From a virus (lineage: Duplodnaviria; Caudoviricetes), in the IMG/VR virus record IMGVR_UViG_3300041935_000004, positions 1-62,739 of that record: 62,739 nucleotides of DNA, one strand, 5' to 3'. Each line of letters begins with the position of its first letter. Position 1 is the stretch's first letter. Positions 17,652-27,700 of the stretch are shown one piece after another. The notes beneath the pieces are model-generated. The model saw only the letters and a list, made by a program, of their open reading frames with translations. It did not search any database and was not told the DNA's origin. A program made the position numbers and the translations under genes.

Positions 17652-17700
17652 AAAAAACCCCGCCCCGCGCAAGGCCGGAGCCCTGGCGGAGCGGGGTGGA
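17652..17700 (-). terminator. Terminator ending the late/lysis transcript
   Basis: CCCCGC / GCGGGG stem followed by T6 on the minus strand. Confidence 0.7.
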
Positions 17701-17712
17701 ACGGAACGGGTG

Positions 17713-17985
17713 TTAGCGCTGATCGGCCGGGAGGTCCGGACGTGGCGTGTGGGGTGCCTGATGCCCGGCCAGGTACGTGCCACCGGCCGCCACGATCGTG
17801 CCGACCAGCACCGACACCCAATCGGGCAGGCCTTCGACCAGCTGGTCGTTCTCCACCACCGACAGCACCGCCAGGATCAACGCGAGGATGCCCCCGGCGG
17901 TGACGGTGGACGCGGTGACTTTCTTCTCCACGGGTTGCGCGGCGGCCTTCGCCGTTGCCTGCGGATCGTCAGGGTTGATGCTCAT
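17713..17985 (-). CDS. Holin
   Basis: PVEKKVTAST, two TM segments, YLAGHQAPHTPR ending typical of actinophage holins. Confidence 0.8.
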   Translation of the reverse strand: MSINPDDPQATAKAAAQPVEKKVTASTVTAGGILALILAVLSVVENDQLVEGLPDWVSVLVGTIVAAGGTYLAGHQAPHTPRPDLPADQR

Positions 17986-18749
17986 GGCGTGCTCTCGCTT
18001 TCCAGATCCTTGGGCGGCTCGAATTCGGTGGGCCGGACGGTCCACGTCGGTTCGGGCACGTCATCGCCGGGCGGCATGGTCTCCACCGGGCTGGGGCTGG
18101 GTGAGGCCGACGGGAACGGCGAGGGCGACGCGGAGACCTGGGCGCGGAGCACGATCGCCAGCGTCGCCAGGTCCACCGGGCCGGCGTCGACCCTGGCCCC
18201 GTCGGAGTAGGTGAGGATCAGCCGGTCATGGGCGACGCCCACCGCCACGACCAGGGCGTCAGGTCCGGGCTGGTAGGCCTGCGGTACGCCGTTCTCATCC
18301 GTGGGAGCGACGCCGTTCGCTCCTGGCGAAACGGGCATGAGTGACGCCGAGGCGCCGGGCAGTACCGGCACCACCGCCTGGGGCGTGGAGACGCCGTCGG
18401 TGACGGCCTGCGCGGCGCACGGCTGCCCGAGTGTCGTCAGCTGTTTGCACAACTGGTTGGCCGCCGCCGCGTTGTCTTTCGCCTCGTCCTGCTTGTGGTT
18501 CCAGCTGACCAGTAGCCACACGGCGAACACCACGACGAGCACCGTCAACGCGGCGAGGAACCCGAACTGGCGTAGCCGCCGGGCGGAGGGTTCGGCGGCC
18601 AGTGGCGGCGGGAAACCCCCCGGGCCGGACGGCGGGGATGTCCCGATGATCGGCGCCACCGACGGCGGGGCCAGGTGCTCGGGTTCCGGGGCGGGTTCGT
18701 GGAACAGCTCTTCGTCCGGCCCCGGATCGATTGGGGGGGTATTCACCAT
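17982..18749 (-). CDS. Single-TM Pro-rich lysis-cassette protein
   Basis: TM helix, LCKQL...C, RLILTYSDG; position in the lysis cassette. Confidence 0.65.
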   Translation of the reverse strand: MVNTPPIDPGPDEELFHEPAPEPEHLAPPSVAPIIGTSPPSGPGGFPPPLAAEPSARRLRQFGFLAALTVLVVVFAVWLLVSWNHKQDEAKDNAAAANQLCKQLTTLGQPCAAQAVTDGVSTPQAVVPVLPGASASLMPVSPGANGVAPTDENGVPQAYQPGPDALVVAVGVAHDRLILTYSDGARVDAGPVDLATLAIVLRAQVSASPSPFPSASPSPSPVETMPPGDDVPEPTWTVRPTEFEPPKDLESESTP

Positions 18750-19108
18750 TCCACGTCCTCACCTTTGGCCAGTTTGTACCGGATCTGCGCGTGCTCCAGC
18801 CGGATCTTGAGGCCTTCGGCGTCCAACTCGGCGTCACGCCGCGCCGCGCGTTCACCCATGATCACCGTGTCCGCATCCGCGAGCCGGCGACGCAGCTCGT
18901 CAATCTCGACCTGGGCGTGCATCTCGGTTTCCAACACCCGGGAATGCTCGTCTTTCAGACGCGCGTCAAATTCGGCCTTGGACGCAGCGAGGGCGTCCCG
19001 GTATTCCTGCCGGGTCTCCTTGGACGTCTTGGAGTACCAGACCAGCAGGCCCATCACCGAGGCTGCCAGGCCGCCACCGGGGGCGAGGGTGGCCAGGTCC
19101 TCAATCAC
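18743..19108 (-). CDS. N-terminal TM, coiled-coil lysis-cassette protein
   Basis: Hydrophobic N-terminus followed by a charged coiled coil. Confidence 0.65.
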   Translation of the reverse strand: MIEDLATLAPGGGLAASVMGLLVWYSKTSKETRQEYRDALAASKAEFDARLKDEHSRVLETEMHAQVEIDELRRRLADADTVIMGERAARRDAELDAEGLKIRLEHAQIRYKLAKGEDVEW

Positions 19109-19109
19109 C

Positions 19110-19931
19110 TCAGCTCTTGTTCAGAGCGTCGACCTTCGCGCTCAGCTCGTTGACCTTCTGCACGATGTACCCGAGTTGCTTGGCGAGGTTGGAGTCGGTG
19201 TAGCCCTCGCCCCCGCCCGAGAGCACCGCGTCGGTGCGGTCGGACTGCTGGTTGAGCCGGGCGACCTGCGCCTTGAGCGCGGTGAAATCCGATTCGGTGA
19301 CGCTCATCAGAAAATCCGCTCCCCCGTTGGTGGACGCGTCGACCGCCGCTGCGACCGTGACGCGGTTTCGTTCCTCATCGACCCCGCCCAGCGCGATCCG
19401 CAGCTCCGAGTAGAAGAAGTCCCACGGGAAGTTCGGGCCAGGGTCGGTGTGTGTACCGGCGAACGTCGTGGACATGTCCTTGTGGCAGGTCAGACCGGAG
19501 TTGCGCGCCTTGAGCGCCGCCGCACTCAGCAGGGCCGGTGCGGTCTTCAGGCCGTAGGCCATGGTGACTTCGGCGCACAGGGTGGCGGCCCGGCGGAACA
19601 TGCGTTTGTGGGCCAGCCATTCGTTGCGGGTCCAGCTGGATTTGCCGACCATTTCCACACCGATACCGCGCAGGTTCCCCGGGTTGCGGCACTGGTAGGC
19701 GGTGTCGTTCATGTCCACGTACTGGTAGGTCAGGGTGTCGGACACCGCGAAGTGCACGGAGACCTGGGTGTCGTTCGTGGACCAGTACCGCCCGAGGTTC
19801 GCCGGGTAGTTGTCGGCGTAGTCGGTGTCGGTGCAGTGGAGTACGAACCAGAGCGGTTGATACCCCTGCCGACCCGCCGCGAAATTCGCCGGCCGCGCCG
19901 CCACGAACGGGTAGGCCAGCCGGCCGGTCAC
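19110..19931 (-). CDS. Endolysin, N-acetylmuramoyl-L-alanine amidase
   Basis: VLHCT, SVHF, GVEM, H...HTDPGPNFPW. Confidence 0.92.
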   Translation of the reverse strand: MTGRLAYPFVAARPANFAAGRQGYQPLWFVLHCTDTDYADNYPANLGRYWSTNDTQVSVHFAVSDTLTYQYVDMNDTAYQCRNPGNLRGIGVEMVGKSSWTRNEWLAHKRMFRRAATLCAEVTMAYGLKTAPALLSAAALKARNSGLTCHKDMSTTFAGTHTDPGPNFPWDFFYSELRIALGGVDEERNRVTVAAAVDASTNGGADFLMSVTESDFTALKAQVARLNQQSDRTDAVLSGGGEGYTDSNLAKQLGYIVQKVNELSAKVDALNKS

Positions 19932-20143
19932 AGCGCCACCGTCAAGTCATCGCGCTCAGGGTCGTAGGTCGGGTCGGGTTCGTCGTGGTGCAGCCCCAGG
20001 GAGACGCGCTTGCGGTAGGGCAACTCGTCAAGCTTGTCGAACACCAACGGCATCTCATCAGGTACCTGGGTCTGCCCGCGCAACACCGGATTGTCCGGCT
20101 CCCAGTCCTCGTCGATCTCGCTGCCATGCTCGTCTAGCGGCAT
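19928..20143 (-). CDS. Small acidic protein
   Basis: Coupled ORF before the endolysin. Confidence 0.55.
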   Translation of the reverse strand: MPLDEHGSEIDEDWEPDNPVLRGQTQVPDEMPLVFDKLDELPYRKRVSLGLHHDEPDPTYDPERDDLTVAL

Positions 20144-20169
20144 GGTTCACCCCCCGGTCGAATTGGGTC

Positions 20170-20763
20170 TTAGAGCAGTCGCTGAATACCGAAGCGCGGC
20201 AGAACCGGGTCCATCTTCAAGGGGTCGTCGGCGGTGTGGCGCAGGCACAACTCCACGAAGTCGTCCTTGTTCAGCCGGGCGTCCACGGTGATGGAGGCGT
20301 ACCAGCTGATGTCGGCCAGCAGCGGCCAGCCGGTGGCGATCGCCGGGTACGCCGAGGCTCCGCCGTTGCCGTTGACGCGGAAGGCCAGGGCGCGGCTGCC
20401 GACGCCTTTGGCGGCCAGGCCCGCGAACCCGGTGAAGCGGTGCAGCCCCGTTTCCAGGCAGGTGATGCGCGTGGGTGAGGCGAACACGAACCCCGGCTGA
20501 GTCTTAGGCAGGTTGTACTGGGCGGCGTCCCAGATGATCGGTGTCCACACGCCGGGCTGGATCGTCATCTGGTTGGTACTGACGCGCGTGAGCGTCGTGT
20601 ACTGAAAGATCGTCTGGGACAGGCCGGTCAGCGCGGTAACCCGGTCGTCGATGGCCCCGACCGATTCCTCCACCGCGTTGGCCAGGCCGCTCATGTCACC
20701 GGGCACATCGGGGATGTCGCTGGCGTCGGGCGTGGGCCAGGAGTAACGCGTCGTGGCACTCAT
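20170..20763 (-). CDS. Minor tail protein with C1q/TNF-like beta C-terminus
   Basis: TTRYSWPTP...DVPGDM N-terminus; TGLHRF, LNKDDFVEL. Confidence 0.65.
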   Translation of the reverse strand: MSATTRYSWPTPDASDIPDVPGDMSGLANAVEESVGAIDDRVTALTGLSQTIFQYTTLTRVSTNQMTIQPGVWTPIIWDAAQYNLPKTQPGFVFASPTRITCLETGLHRFTGFAGLAAKGVGSRALAFRVNGNGGASAYPAIATGWPLLADISWYASITVDARLNKDDFVELCLRHTADDPLKMDPVLPRFGIQRLL

Positions 20764-21044
20764 TCGTCGTCCGTTTCCAGGTTGGGACCGTTGAGCTTTC
20801 CCAGAACGATCAGGCTGGGGATCTGCACCAGGATCAGCACCACATCGCCCTGCGCCGGGGTGTAGCTGTCCAGGTAGGACACGGCCACGTCGGTGCCGCG
20901 CCACGTCACGGTCACGGTGGCGGCGGTGTCGTAGTCACCGGCGACGGCCTTGACCACACCGGGTTCCACCCAGCAGCGCGGCCGGGCGCCGGGCGTGGCA
21001 CCGCCGGTCAATTCATTCGCCAGGCGCGTGAGGCCTCGGGCCAT
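20760..21044 (-). CDS. Minor tail (spike-like) protein
   Basis: YLDSYTPAQGDVVLI...VLGKL. Confidence 0.7.
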   Translation of the reverse strand: MARGLTRLANELTGGATPGARPRCWVEPGVVKAVAGDYDTAATVTVTWRGTDVAVSYLDSYTPAQGDVVLILVQIPSLIVLGKLNGPNLETDDE

Positions 21045-21085
21045 GGGTCACCCCCACTGGTGGTTATCGGGTAATTTCCGCAGGC

Positions 21086-21490
21086 ATGAGCGAACTCATC
21101 GACTGGATGTGCGCCGAGTCCGGCCGCGAATCGGCCACCCGGCAAGACCTGCCGATCCCGGTACCGGAGAACTGGGGCACGCTGCTGAACGATTTGGAAG
21201 TGGCCGCCCGGTGCATCGTCTATTCACCCGACTCACCGCCCCCGCCGCTTCCCCGGAAGGAAGACACCGTTGCGCTACCGGACGTCGTGTACCTGATGAC
21301 CGGCCTGGGCGACTGGACGCTGATGCAGTTGAAAACGACACTGGCCGACTATTTCCAACGCCCGGAAACCGAACAGACCCCGGAACGGGAAGCGGCTCTG
21401 TACGGCCAGATCGTGGGCGCGCACGCGGTGCTGATCGCCATGACCGAAGGCCTCTACGCCCGGGGGTACAGCCCCTTTGCGCAGGAGTGA
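21086..21490 (+). CDS. Counter-oriented hypothetical protein (moron)
   Basis: Fills the gap in the tail operon; TAATTT 8 nt before the ATG. Confidence 0.65.
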   Translation: MSELIDWMCAESGRESATRQDLPIPVPENWGTLLNDLEVAARCIVYSPDSPPPPLPRKEDTVALPDVVYLMTGLGDWTLMQLKTTLADYFQRPETEQTPEREAALYGQIVGAHAVLIAMTEGLYARGYSPFAQE

Positions 21491-21870
21491 CCGACGTGGA
21501 TTTTCAGACGCATCAACTGCTGGGGCTGGGTGACATCAGCGAGCTGACGTTCAGCGACGAGACGAGCGAGCCACCGGTCCAGCGCGTCTACGGGTGGCGG
21601 GTGGCCACCAACGGGCGCTGGTACGTGGACGTGCTGGTAATGGGCTTCAACTACCGGGCCGTTCTCACCGACAAGGCCGACGCCGACGAATTCGGCAACG
21701 CCGTGGCCTATGACGGGCACGGCTGGTGTTATCCGAAGTCCACGGGGCTGCTGAACCTGGTGATGCTGCTACAGGCCTGGGTGATCGACCCGACGGTCAG
21801 CAACGCCAACCGCGTGGAACCCCCGCCCGGCCCGTGGATCAAATCAACCTTCACCGGCGAGCACCGCTAG
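21487..21870 (+). CDS. Counter-oriented hypothetical protein (moron)
   Basis: GTGA coupling; MGFNYR...GWCY...EPPPGPWIK. Confidence 0.65.
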   Translation: MTDVDFQTHQLLGLGDISELTFSDETSEPPVQRVYGWRVATNGRWYVDVLVMGFNYRAVLTDKADADEFGNAVAYDGHGWCYPKSTGLLNLVMLLQAWVIDPTVSNANRVEPPPGPWIKSTFTGEHR

Positions 21871-23000
21871 GCCGTCGTGGTCGCGTCACTGCTGGAGTCG
21901 TTGGTGACTGCCGCGAGGGTCCGCAGGGTGAGGGACTGGCTGGCCTCGGTGGTCAGCGGCACCGTGAAGGAATCCACCACGAACAGCTGCGTTCCCCCGT
22001 CCAGCCCGGTGACCGAGATCGTGTCGCCGGATTCCAGCGCCGGATTGGTCACGGCGCTCACAGTCATGTCCACGAACCGGCCCCGGGTCTTGGCCAGCAA
22101 CGCCTGCCCGGCGGCGCGGGCGGCGGCGGGTCCGGCGATCGTGGCCGAGGTGAGGAAGTAGGGCACCCGCCCGTACGGACCATTGACGTTGGTGACCGAG
22201 TCCGGGTCGGCGTCCTCCACGACCTGGGGCTGAAACGGTGGCGTGCCGTCAGTTTTGGAGCTGACCACGACGACGACGTTGTAGACCCGGGTTCGGTCAC
22301 GGATGGCGGTGCCCGAGAGCATCACTCCGTCCCGGCCGGTGTGCACGGCCCACACGGGGTGCGTGTCCATCGTGGCGACGTCCCGGATGATCAGGTTTCC
22401 GCGCGGGCCGAAGAACGCCTCGGTGCCCGATTGGGTGCACAGGCCGGTGATGGCCGCGTCCCGGTCGCGATCCCACACCTGCACGGTGGTCCGGGCGTCC
22501 GCGATCGGGTTGAGTCCGCTCACCCCGGCCGTGTCGGTGGCGTTGGGCACAACCTCAGCGACCAGCCTGGCAATGGACGCTACAGCGGTCAGGGCATGCT
22601 CGGAGGTGCGGGGCAGTTCGAAGCGGGCACGCTGGATCTGCGCCCACCGGTCGGGCGCCGATGAGACGGCGATGGTGCTGAGGGCGCCGACACTCATCGA
22701 CTGCTGATCGAGTGAGAACACGCCCAGTGGCAGCAGTTCCTCCGCGCCGCCGGGGAAACGGATGCCCCGCCACGCGCGCAGCTCCGTGCCGACCGGCGAG
22801 AGAACATCCCACAGGCCCGGGTCGGCGATCGTCAGGTCCAGCTTGCGGTGCACACCAGTTCCGCTGGACACCGACACCGACCCGTCGGTGAAGGGAATGT
22901 TGCGGGCCACGCAGCGCCCCGCCGAGTAGGCGTCGACCCTCGCGGCGACCGTGTGGGAGTTGCGCAGCGCCGCGAGGAACTGTGCGCTGACCGGATACAT
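21867..23000 (-). CDS. Minor tail / baseplate hub protein
   Basis: MYPVSAQFLAALRNSH..., GPYGRVP, NPALESGD. Confidence 0.8.
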   Translation of the reverse strand: MYPVSAQFLAALRNSHTVAARVDAYSAGRCVARNIPFTDGSVSVSSGTGVHRKLDLTIADPGLWDVLSPVGTELRAWRGIRFPGGAEELLPLGVFSLDQQSMSVGALSTIAVSSAPDRWAQIQRARFELPRTSEHALTAVASIARLVAEVVPNATDTAGVSGLNPIADARTTVQVWDRDRDAAITGLCTQSGTEAFFGPRGNLIIRDVATMDTHPVWAVHTGRDGVMLSGTAIRDRTRVYNVVVVVSSKTDGTPPFQPQVVEDADPDSVTNVNGPYGRVPYFLTSATIAGPAAARAAGQALLAKTRGRFVDMTVSAVTNPALESGDTISVTGLDGGTQLFVVDSFTVPLTTEASQSLTLRTLAAVTNDSSSDATTTA

Positions 23001-24724
23001 CAGGTGGCCTCGAAAACCCGGATGAGCCGCGGGTTGTACGTGTCGGTGCTGTCACTGAAGATCCCGGCGGAGTAGGCGTGCAACGCGAACTCGTGCACGC
23101 CGGATTGGGCAGGGATGAACGTGTCGGTGCCGGGCGAGACGGTGTAGTTGCCGCCCGGCGGGCACGGCAGGGTGTAGATGACGTTGGCGGTTTTCATCGT
23201 CGCGTCATCCGTGGCGCCGTAGTGCCACTTCAAGGCCAGGTAGACGGTCTGGTCCCCGGCGGTGAGCATCTCCTGCGCATCGACGCGGTAGGTCTTCCCG
23301 GCGGTGAGGTTCGGGTAGGACCGCAGCGTGATCGCGTCACCCGGGGTCGTGGTGGTCGTGGTGGTGCCCGGGGTGTTGGCCGAGAAACTCATCAGCCAGC
23401 GCGTGTAGCCGGTGAACGCCGATGAGAACGTTCCGGTGCCGGTCAGGACGCAGGTAATCGTGTAGACCCCGTCGGCCGGCGGGCTGAACGTCGGGTAGCC
23501 GCCCGGCCCGCTGCCCTCGTAGTAGAGGTTGGCGTAACTGTCGACGTTGGTCCGCCCGTGGGAGTCCAGCACGATCCCCCCGGACGTGGCCGGGTCCGGG
23601 CCGGGAACGGCCATCACCGTCTGGGTGATGGTGTTGGGGTTGGCGTCCGGGGTCAGGTAGAACGTTTCACCGCTGATCGTGTAGGTCTTGCTGGCCTCGA
23701 AGTAGGCCGTGGACGAACAGACGATGAACGGGTACGTCTGGTGGTTGAACGTGGCCTGGCCCTGCTGATCGGGCGCGGGTCCCCCGGGCGTCATCGTCGT
23801 GCTGGTCGACCCGAACGCCCCGAGGTTGTTCGTCTCGGTCACGTCGTCCAGCGCCACCGGGGCGGGCACGTCCGGGTCGCCCGAGTCGTCGTCGCCGGTG
23901 TTGCCCAGCCCGCAGGAGGCCATGTCGCCGTAGGTGGGGCGGTGTTCCGGCAGTTGCAGGTAGGACACCAGGCCGCGCTGCTCGGTCCAATAGCAGCAGC
24001 TGGGGTAGATCACACCCCCGGCGGGGCGGTCCACGATCTCCACGGGCAGGTGGAAGACGCGCCCCTCGAACGGTGCCCACTCCTGAATCAAACGTTCTTC
24101 GGTGACGTCCCCGACGCTCACCCACCAGTGCGTGATGCCCCAGCGCTCCCCGGCCGGCACGTCCAGCAGCAGCGTCGAGTTGTCCGCCAGCAGCGCACGA
24201 AACTTGTCGGCTTCCTCCAGCGACCACGTCCGGATGTCCAGCGTCGATGTGGGATTCTTGCGCCGCCCGTCGGCCAGCACGATCGGGCTGGGCCGGTTGA
24301 GCACCGGGGCGACGGTGCGGGTCTGCGCGAACACCGGCGACTCGGCGTTGGCCAGGTCGATGGCCATCGACAACTGCGGTATCGCCAGGTGACGCAGCCA
24401 CGCCGCGCCTTTGAGCGTCGACCACTCCTGATCGTTGGGGTAGTAGGCGGTCGGGATCAAACGGGTGAACCCCTGTTCGGCGACCCCCACCGGCCCGGCC
24501 CCGGCCTGATAGTGCACGTCCACACCGAACGGGCACTCGAAATCCCGCACGGTCACCGACTGCCCGGCGGTCACCGCGATCGGCTCAGCACCGCGCACCG
24601 GCCACGCCCGATCCGGGTCACGCCGGGTCAGCGTCACCTGCCCGTCGCTGTCCCACGTGACCGTCACGTCCACGTACGGGGGCGTCGCCTCGGGGTGGGG
24701 GACAGTGGTGACCAGGGCCATCAC
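23000..24724 (-). CDS. Distal tail-like minor tail protein with C-terminal extension
   Basis: Directly after tape measure; DFECPFG motif. Confidence 0.75.
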   Translation of the reverse strand: MMALVTTVPHPEATPPYVDVTVTWDSDGQVTLTRRDPDRAWPVRGAEPIAVTAGQSVTVRDFECPFGVDVHYQAGAGPVGVAEQGFTRLIPTAYYPNDQEWSTLKGAAWLRHLAIPQLSMAIDLANAESPVFAQTRTVAPVLNRPSPIVLADGRRKNPTSTLDIRTWSLEEADKFRALLADNSTLLLDVPAGERWGITHWWVSVGDVTEERLIQEWAPFEGRVFHLPVEIVDRPAGGVIYPSCCYWTEQRGLVSYLQLPEHRPTYGDMASCGLGNTGDDDSGDPDVPAPVALDDVTETNNLGAFGSTSTTMTPGGPAPDQQGQATFNHQTYPFIVCSSTAYFEASKTYTISGETFYLTPDANPNTITQTVMAVPGPDPATSGGIVLDSHGRTNVDSYANLYYEGSGPGGYPTFSPPADGVYTITCVLTGTGTFSSAFTGYTRWLMSFSANTPGTTTTTTTPGDAITLRSYPNLTAGKTYRVDAQEMLTAGDQTVYLALKWHYGATDDATMKTANVIYTLPCPPGGNYTVSPGTDTFIPAQSGVHEFALHAYSAGIFSDSTDTYNPRLIRVFEAT

Positions 24725-27700
24725 GCACCCCCGTAGATCGACGCGTCAGCGAGCCGGCCGAACTGGTGGTCAACTTCGGCGCTGATCAGGCCCGGCACCG
24801 CGCCGTCCTCCACGCGCACCACCACCCCGACAGAGCTGGAACGCTGCTCACGCATGGCTTTCCACTGTTCGTCGGTGAGGATGCGTTCGGGCTTACCGGT
24901 GCCGTTCATCGTCAGCGTCAACCCCGGGGGCAGGTAGCCGCCCTGGTCGTACCAGTGCGGCTCCCGGGAGAGCCACTTCCCGTACGCCCGGGTGGGGTCC
25001 CCGTACACGCTCTTGATGTAATCCAGACCCCAGTCGACCTGCGTGAACGCGTTCGTTTTCCAGTCCGACCCGGCCGTGGCCATCTTCGACCCCGGCAGCG
25101 ACTGGGGAATGCCGTAGGCGCTGTACAGGCCAGAAAGCCCCCGGACGTGGACGGGATCGCCCGTGGCGTTCCACCGCCACGTCGACTCCCCGTCCCACAA
25201 CTCCGCCAGCGCCGCCATCTGCTCAGCGCCCCACCCGTGGGACTTCAGCTGGGTTTTGGCGTAGGCCGCGGCGACCGACCCGGACGCCTGTACGCCCAGC
25301 TTGCGGGCCTGGGTGCCCAGCACCGAGGTGTCCTCGTCCTCATCCGAGCTGGTGATTCCGAGCCGGTCCAGCACCGACTTCCCGGCGTTGAGCACGCTCT
25401 TGCCGAAGCCGAGGATCTTGTCCCCCAGCGCCTTCACCTTGTCCGTGACGTACTTGGTGATCTTGCTGGCGAACATCTCCGGCGTGCCCGCGAGGGCCTT
25501 CACCAGCGGGGTGTCGCCGTACTCGGCCAGGAGCTTCTGCGCCGGTGCCGCCAGGGCGTTCTTGAACGTGGACAGCAGCGTCCCGACGATGCCGCCGTCG
25601 CTGCTGTTGTCCGCGTCCGCGTCGACCGCGCCGACCTTCGCCGCCAGCAACCCGGCCTCGGACATGGCGGTGTGCACGTGGTTGTAATGTTCGGCCACGA
25701 CCGACCGGTAGGTGTCGGCACTGGTGGTGCTGCCGTCCTTGACGAAGTAGCCAGGCCCGCCACTGTGGATCAGCTCCAGCAGGTACGGCGCCCGGCCGTA
25801 GAGCCACTTGGCCAGCGACGCCATGTTCTGCGTGGAGTCCGCGGCGTCCACAGCCATGTGCTTGCCGTGATAGCCGGGATCGCCGGCCCGGTACCCGGAG
25901 GTGACGGTGAACGGCACCCCCGACTGACGCTCGAACGCGGTGATGCGCGGCACCAGGTCCACCGAGCCGGTACCGGTCGCGAAGAACTGGATCGGCATAC
26001 CGGCCAGGCCGCGACGGTTCCATTCCTCGATCTGTGCCGGGCCGATCTGGCGGGCCACCTGGGGCACCAGGACGGCCTCGCCCTTGCTTAGTACCGCCGG
26101 GACCGTGTCACGCCCGGGTTCGTAGCCGGGGATGACACCACCCTTGGCGAAGTGCGCGGTCGCGGCGGCTTCCTTGATGAAGGCCGGCTCAGGAATGTCA
26201 TCGATGTGCAGCGAGCCAGGGAAGTGCGACAGCAGCGTATTGATGTTGCCGATCAGGCCGTCATTGATGATCGCGAAATAGCCATGAATCGGGACGGCCA
26301 GGAAATTACGCAACACTCCCCAGGCGCGACCTATCGCCGAAACGCCATTGTGGAACGCGTTTTCGATGCCACCGAGGAAACTTGACACGTGATCGGTGAT
26401 GAACCGCCACGCGGCGGTCGCTCCGTCACGTATCCCGTCGAGCATTCCGTGCCAGCGACTGGCTACGCCGTCGGTGAAAGCGTGCCAGTGGTCAACAATC
26501 CATTCGATCGCCCGCGCGATGGCGGCCCGGATCGCCTCGAATGCCACCCGCGTCGCCCGGGTGATGTCGTCCCAATGGTGGATCAGGGCCATGACGCCTT
26601 GAATGATCAGACCGATCGGACTGTACTTGATCCACCATGCCAGGAACTGTTTGAAAACGTCCCACAGCAAGTCCACATAGTGCCTGAATTTGTCGAAGTG
26701 GAAATAGGCGTAGACGACAAATCCAATGAGCGCAACGATCGCGATCACGACGAGCGCAATGGGGTTGGCGCTCATCGCGGCATTCAGCACCCACTGCACC
26801 GCAGCCCATGCCGCCGTCGCGACGCGGACCGCGATCATGGCGACCTTCTGGGCGACCAACCGCGCGGCGTTAGCCACCCACGCGGCGGTGTTCTTGACTA
26901 CTTGCACTGTGGACGCGATCATCTTGCCGGTGACTTCGGCGATGGCACTACCAGCAGCTTTGGCCTTGGTGGCGAACGCGCCGAAGTTGATCGACCCCTT
27001 GTCCGACCCAAAGAACGAGCGCAGCTTGCCGGCAGGGCCTTCCAGCGCCAAGAACTTGTCGCGCAGCGACTTAAGGCCACCACCGACCGCCTTGGCGTCA
27101 CCGACCACTTCAGAACCGAAGCTGAACAGTTTCTTCGCCTGCGCCCGCGCCCACAAGGCCAGCAGGACGGTCAGAATGACCTGAATCCCTCCCGGGCCAA
27201 TGGTGTCGATCAGCTTGAACAACTGATTTAGCGCCCCGGCGGCGAGCGCACCCAGTGGGGCGAGTCCTTCCGCGACGGTGCCCAGCGCGCTGAACAGGTC
27301 ACCGAGGAAAGAGATCACCTGGGGCGCGTACTTGACCATCTGATCGATCAAATCGTTGAGCCCACCGTTTTTCTTGTCAGCGAACGCGGAGAACTTGTCG
27401 GCGATCTTCCCGAGCATGTCGACCAGGATCGGGCCGAGTTTGTCGGCAACGGGCGCCAGCGCCTCGATCAGATGGATGGCGAACGGCCCGGCGATCTTCG
27501 CGGCGGAACCGAACAGGTCGAACGCCTTCGGTACTTCCTTCGTCAAGAAAGCAATGAAACCCTTGCCGGCGGGACTGGCGGCCACGTCGCCCAGGTCGCC
27601 GATCAAGCCGGCCACGGACGTGCCGACAGTCGAGATCAGCGCATTGAGTTGGGGTAGCAGCGGCTGAAGCTTGGTGAAGAAACCTTCGATGGAAAGAAGA

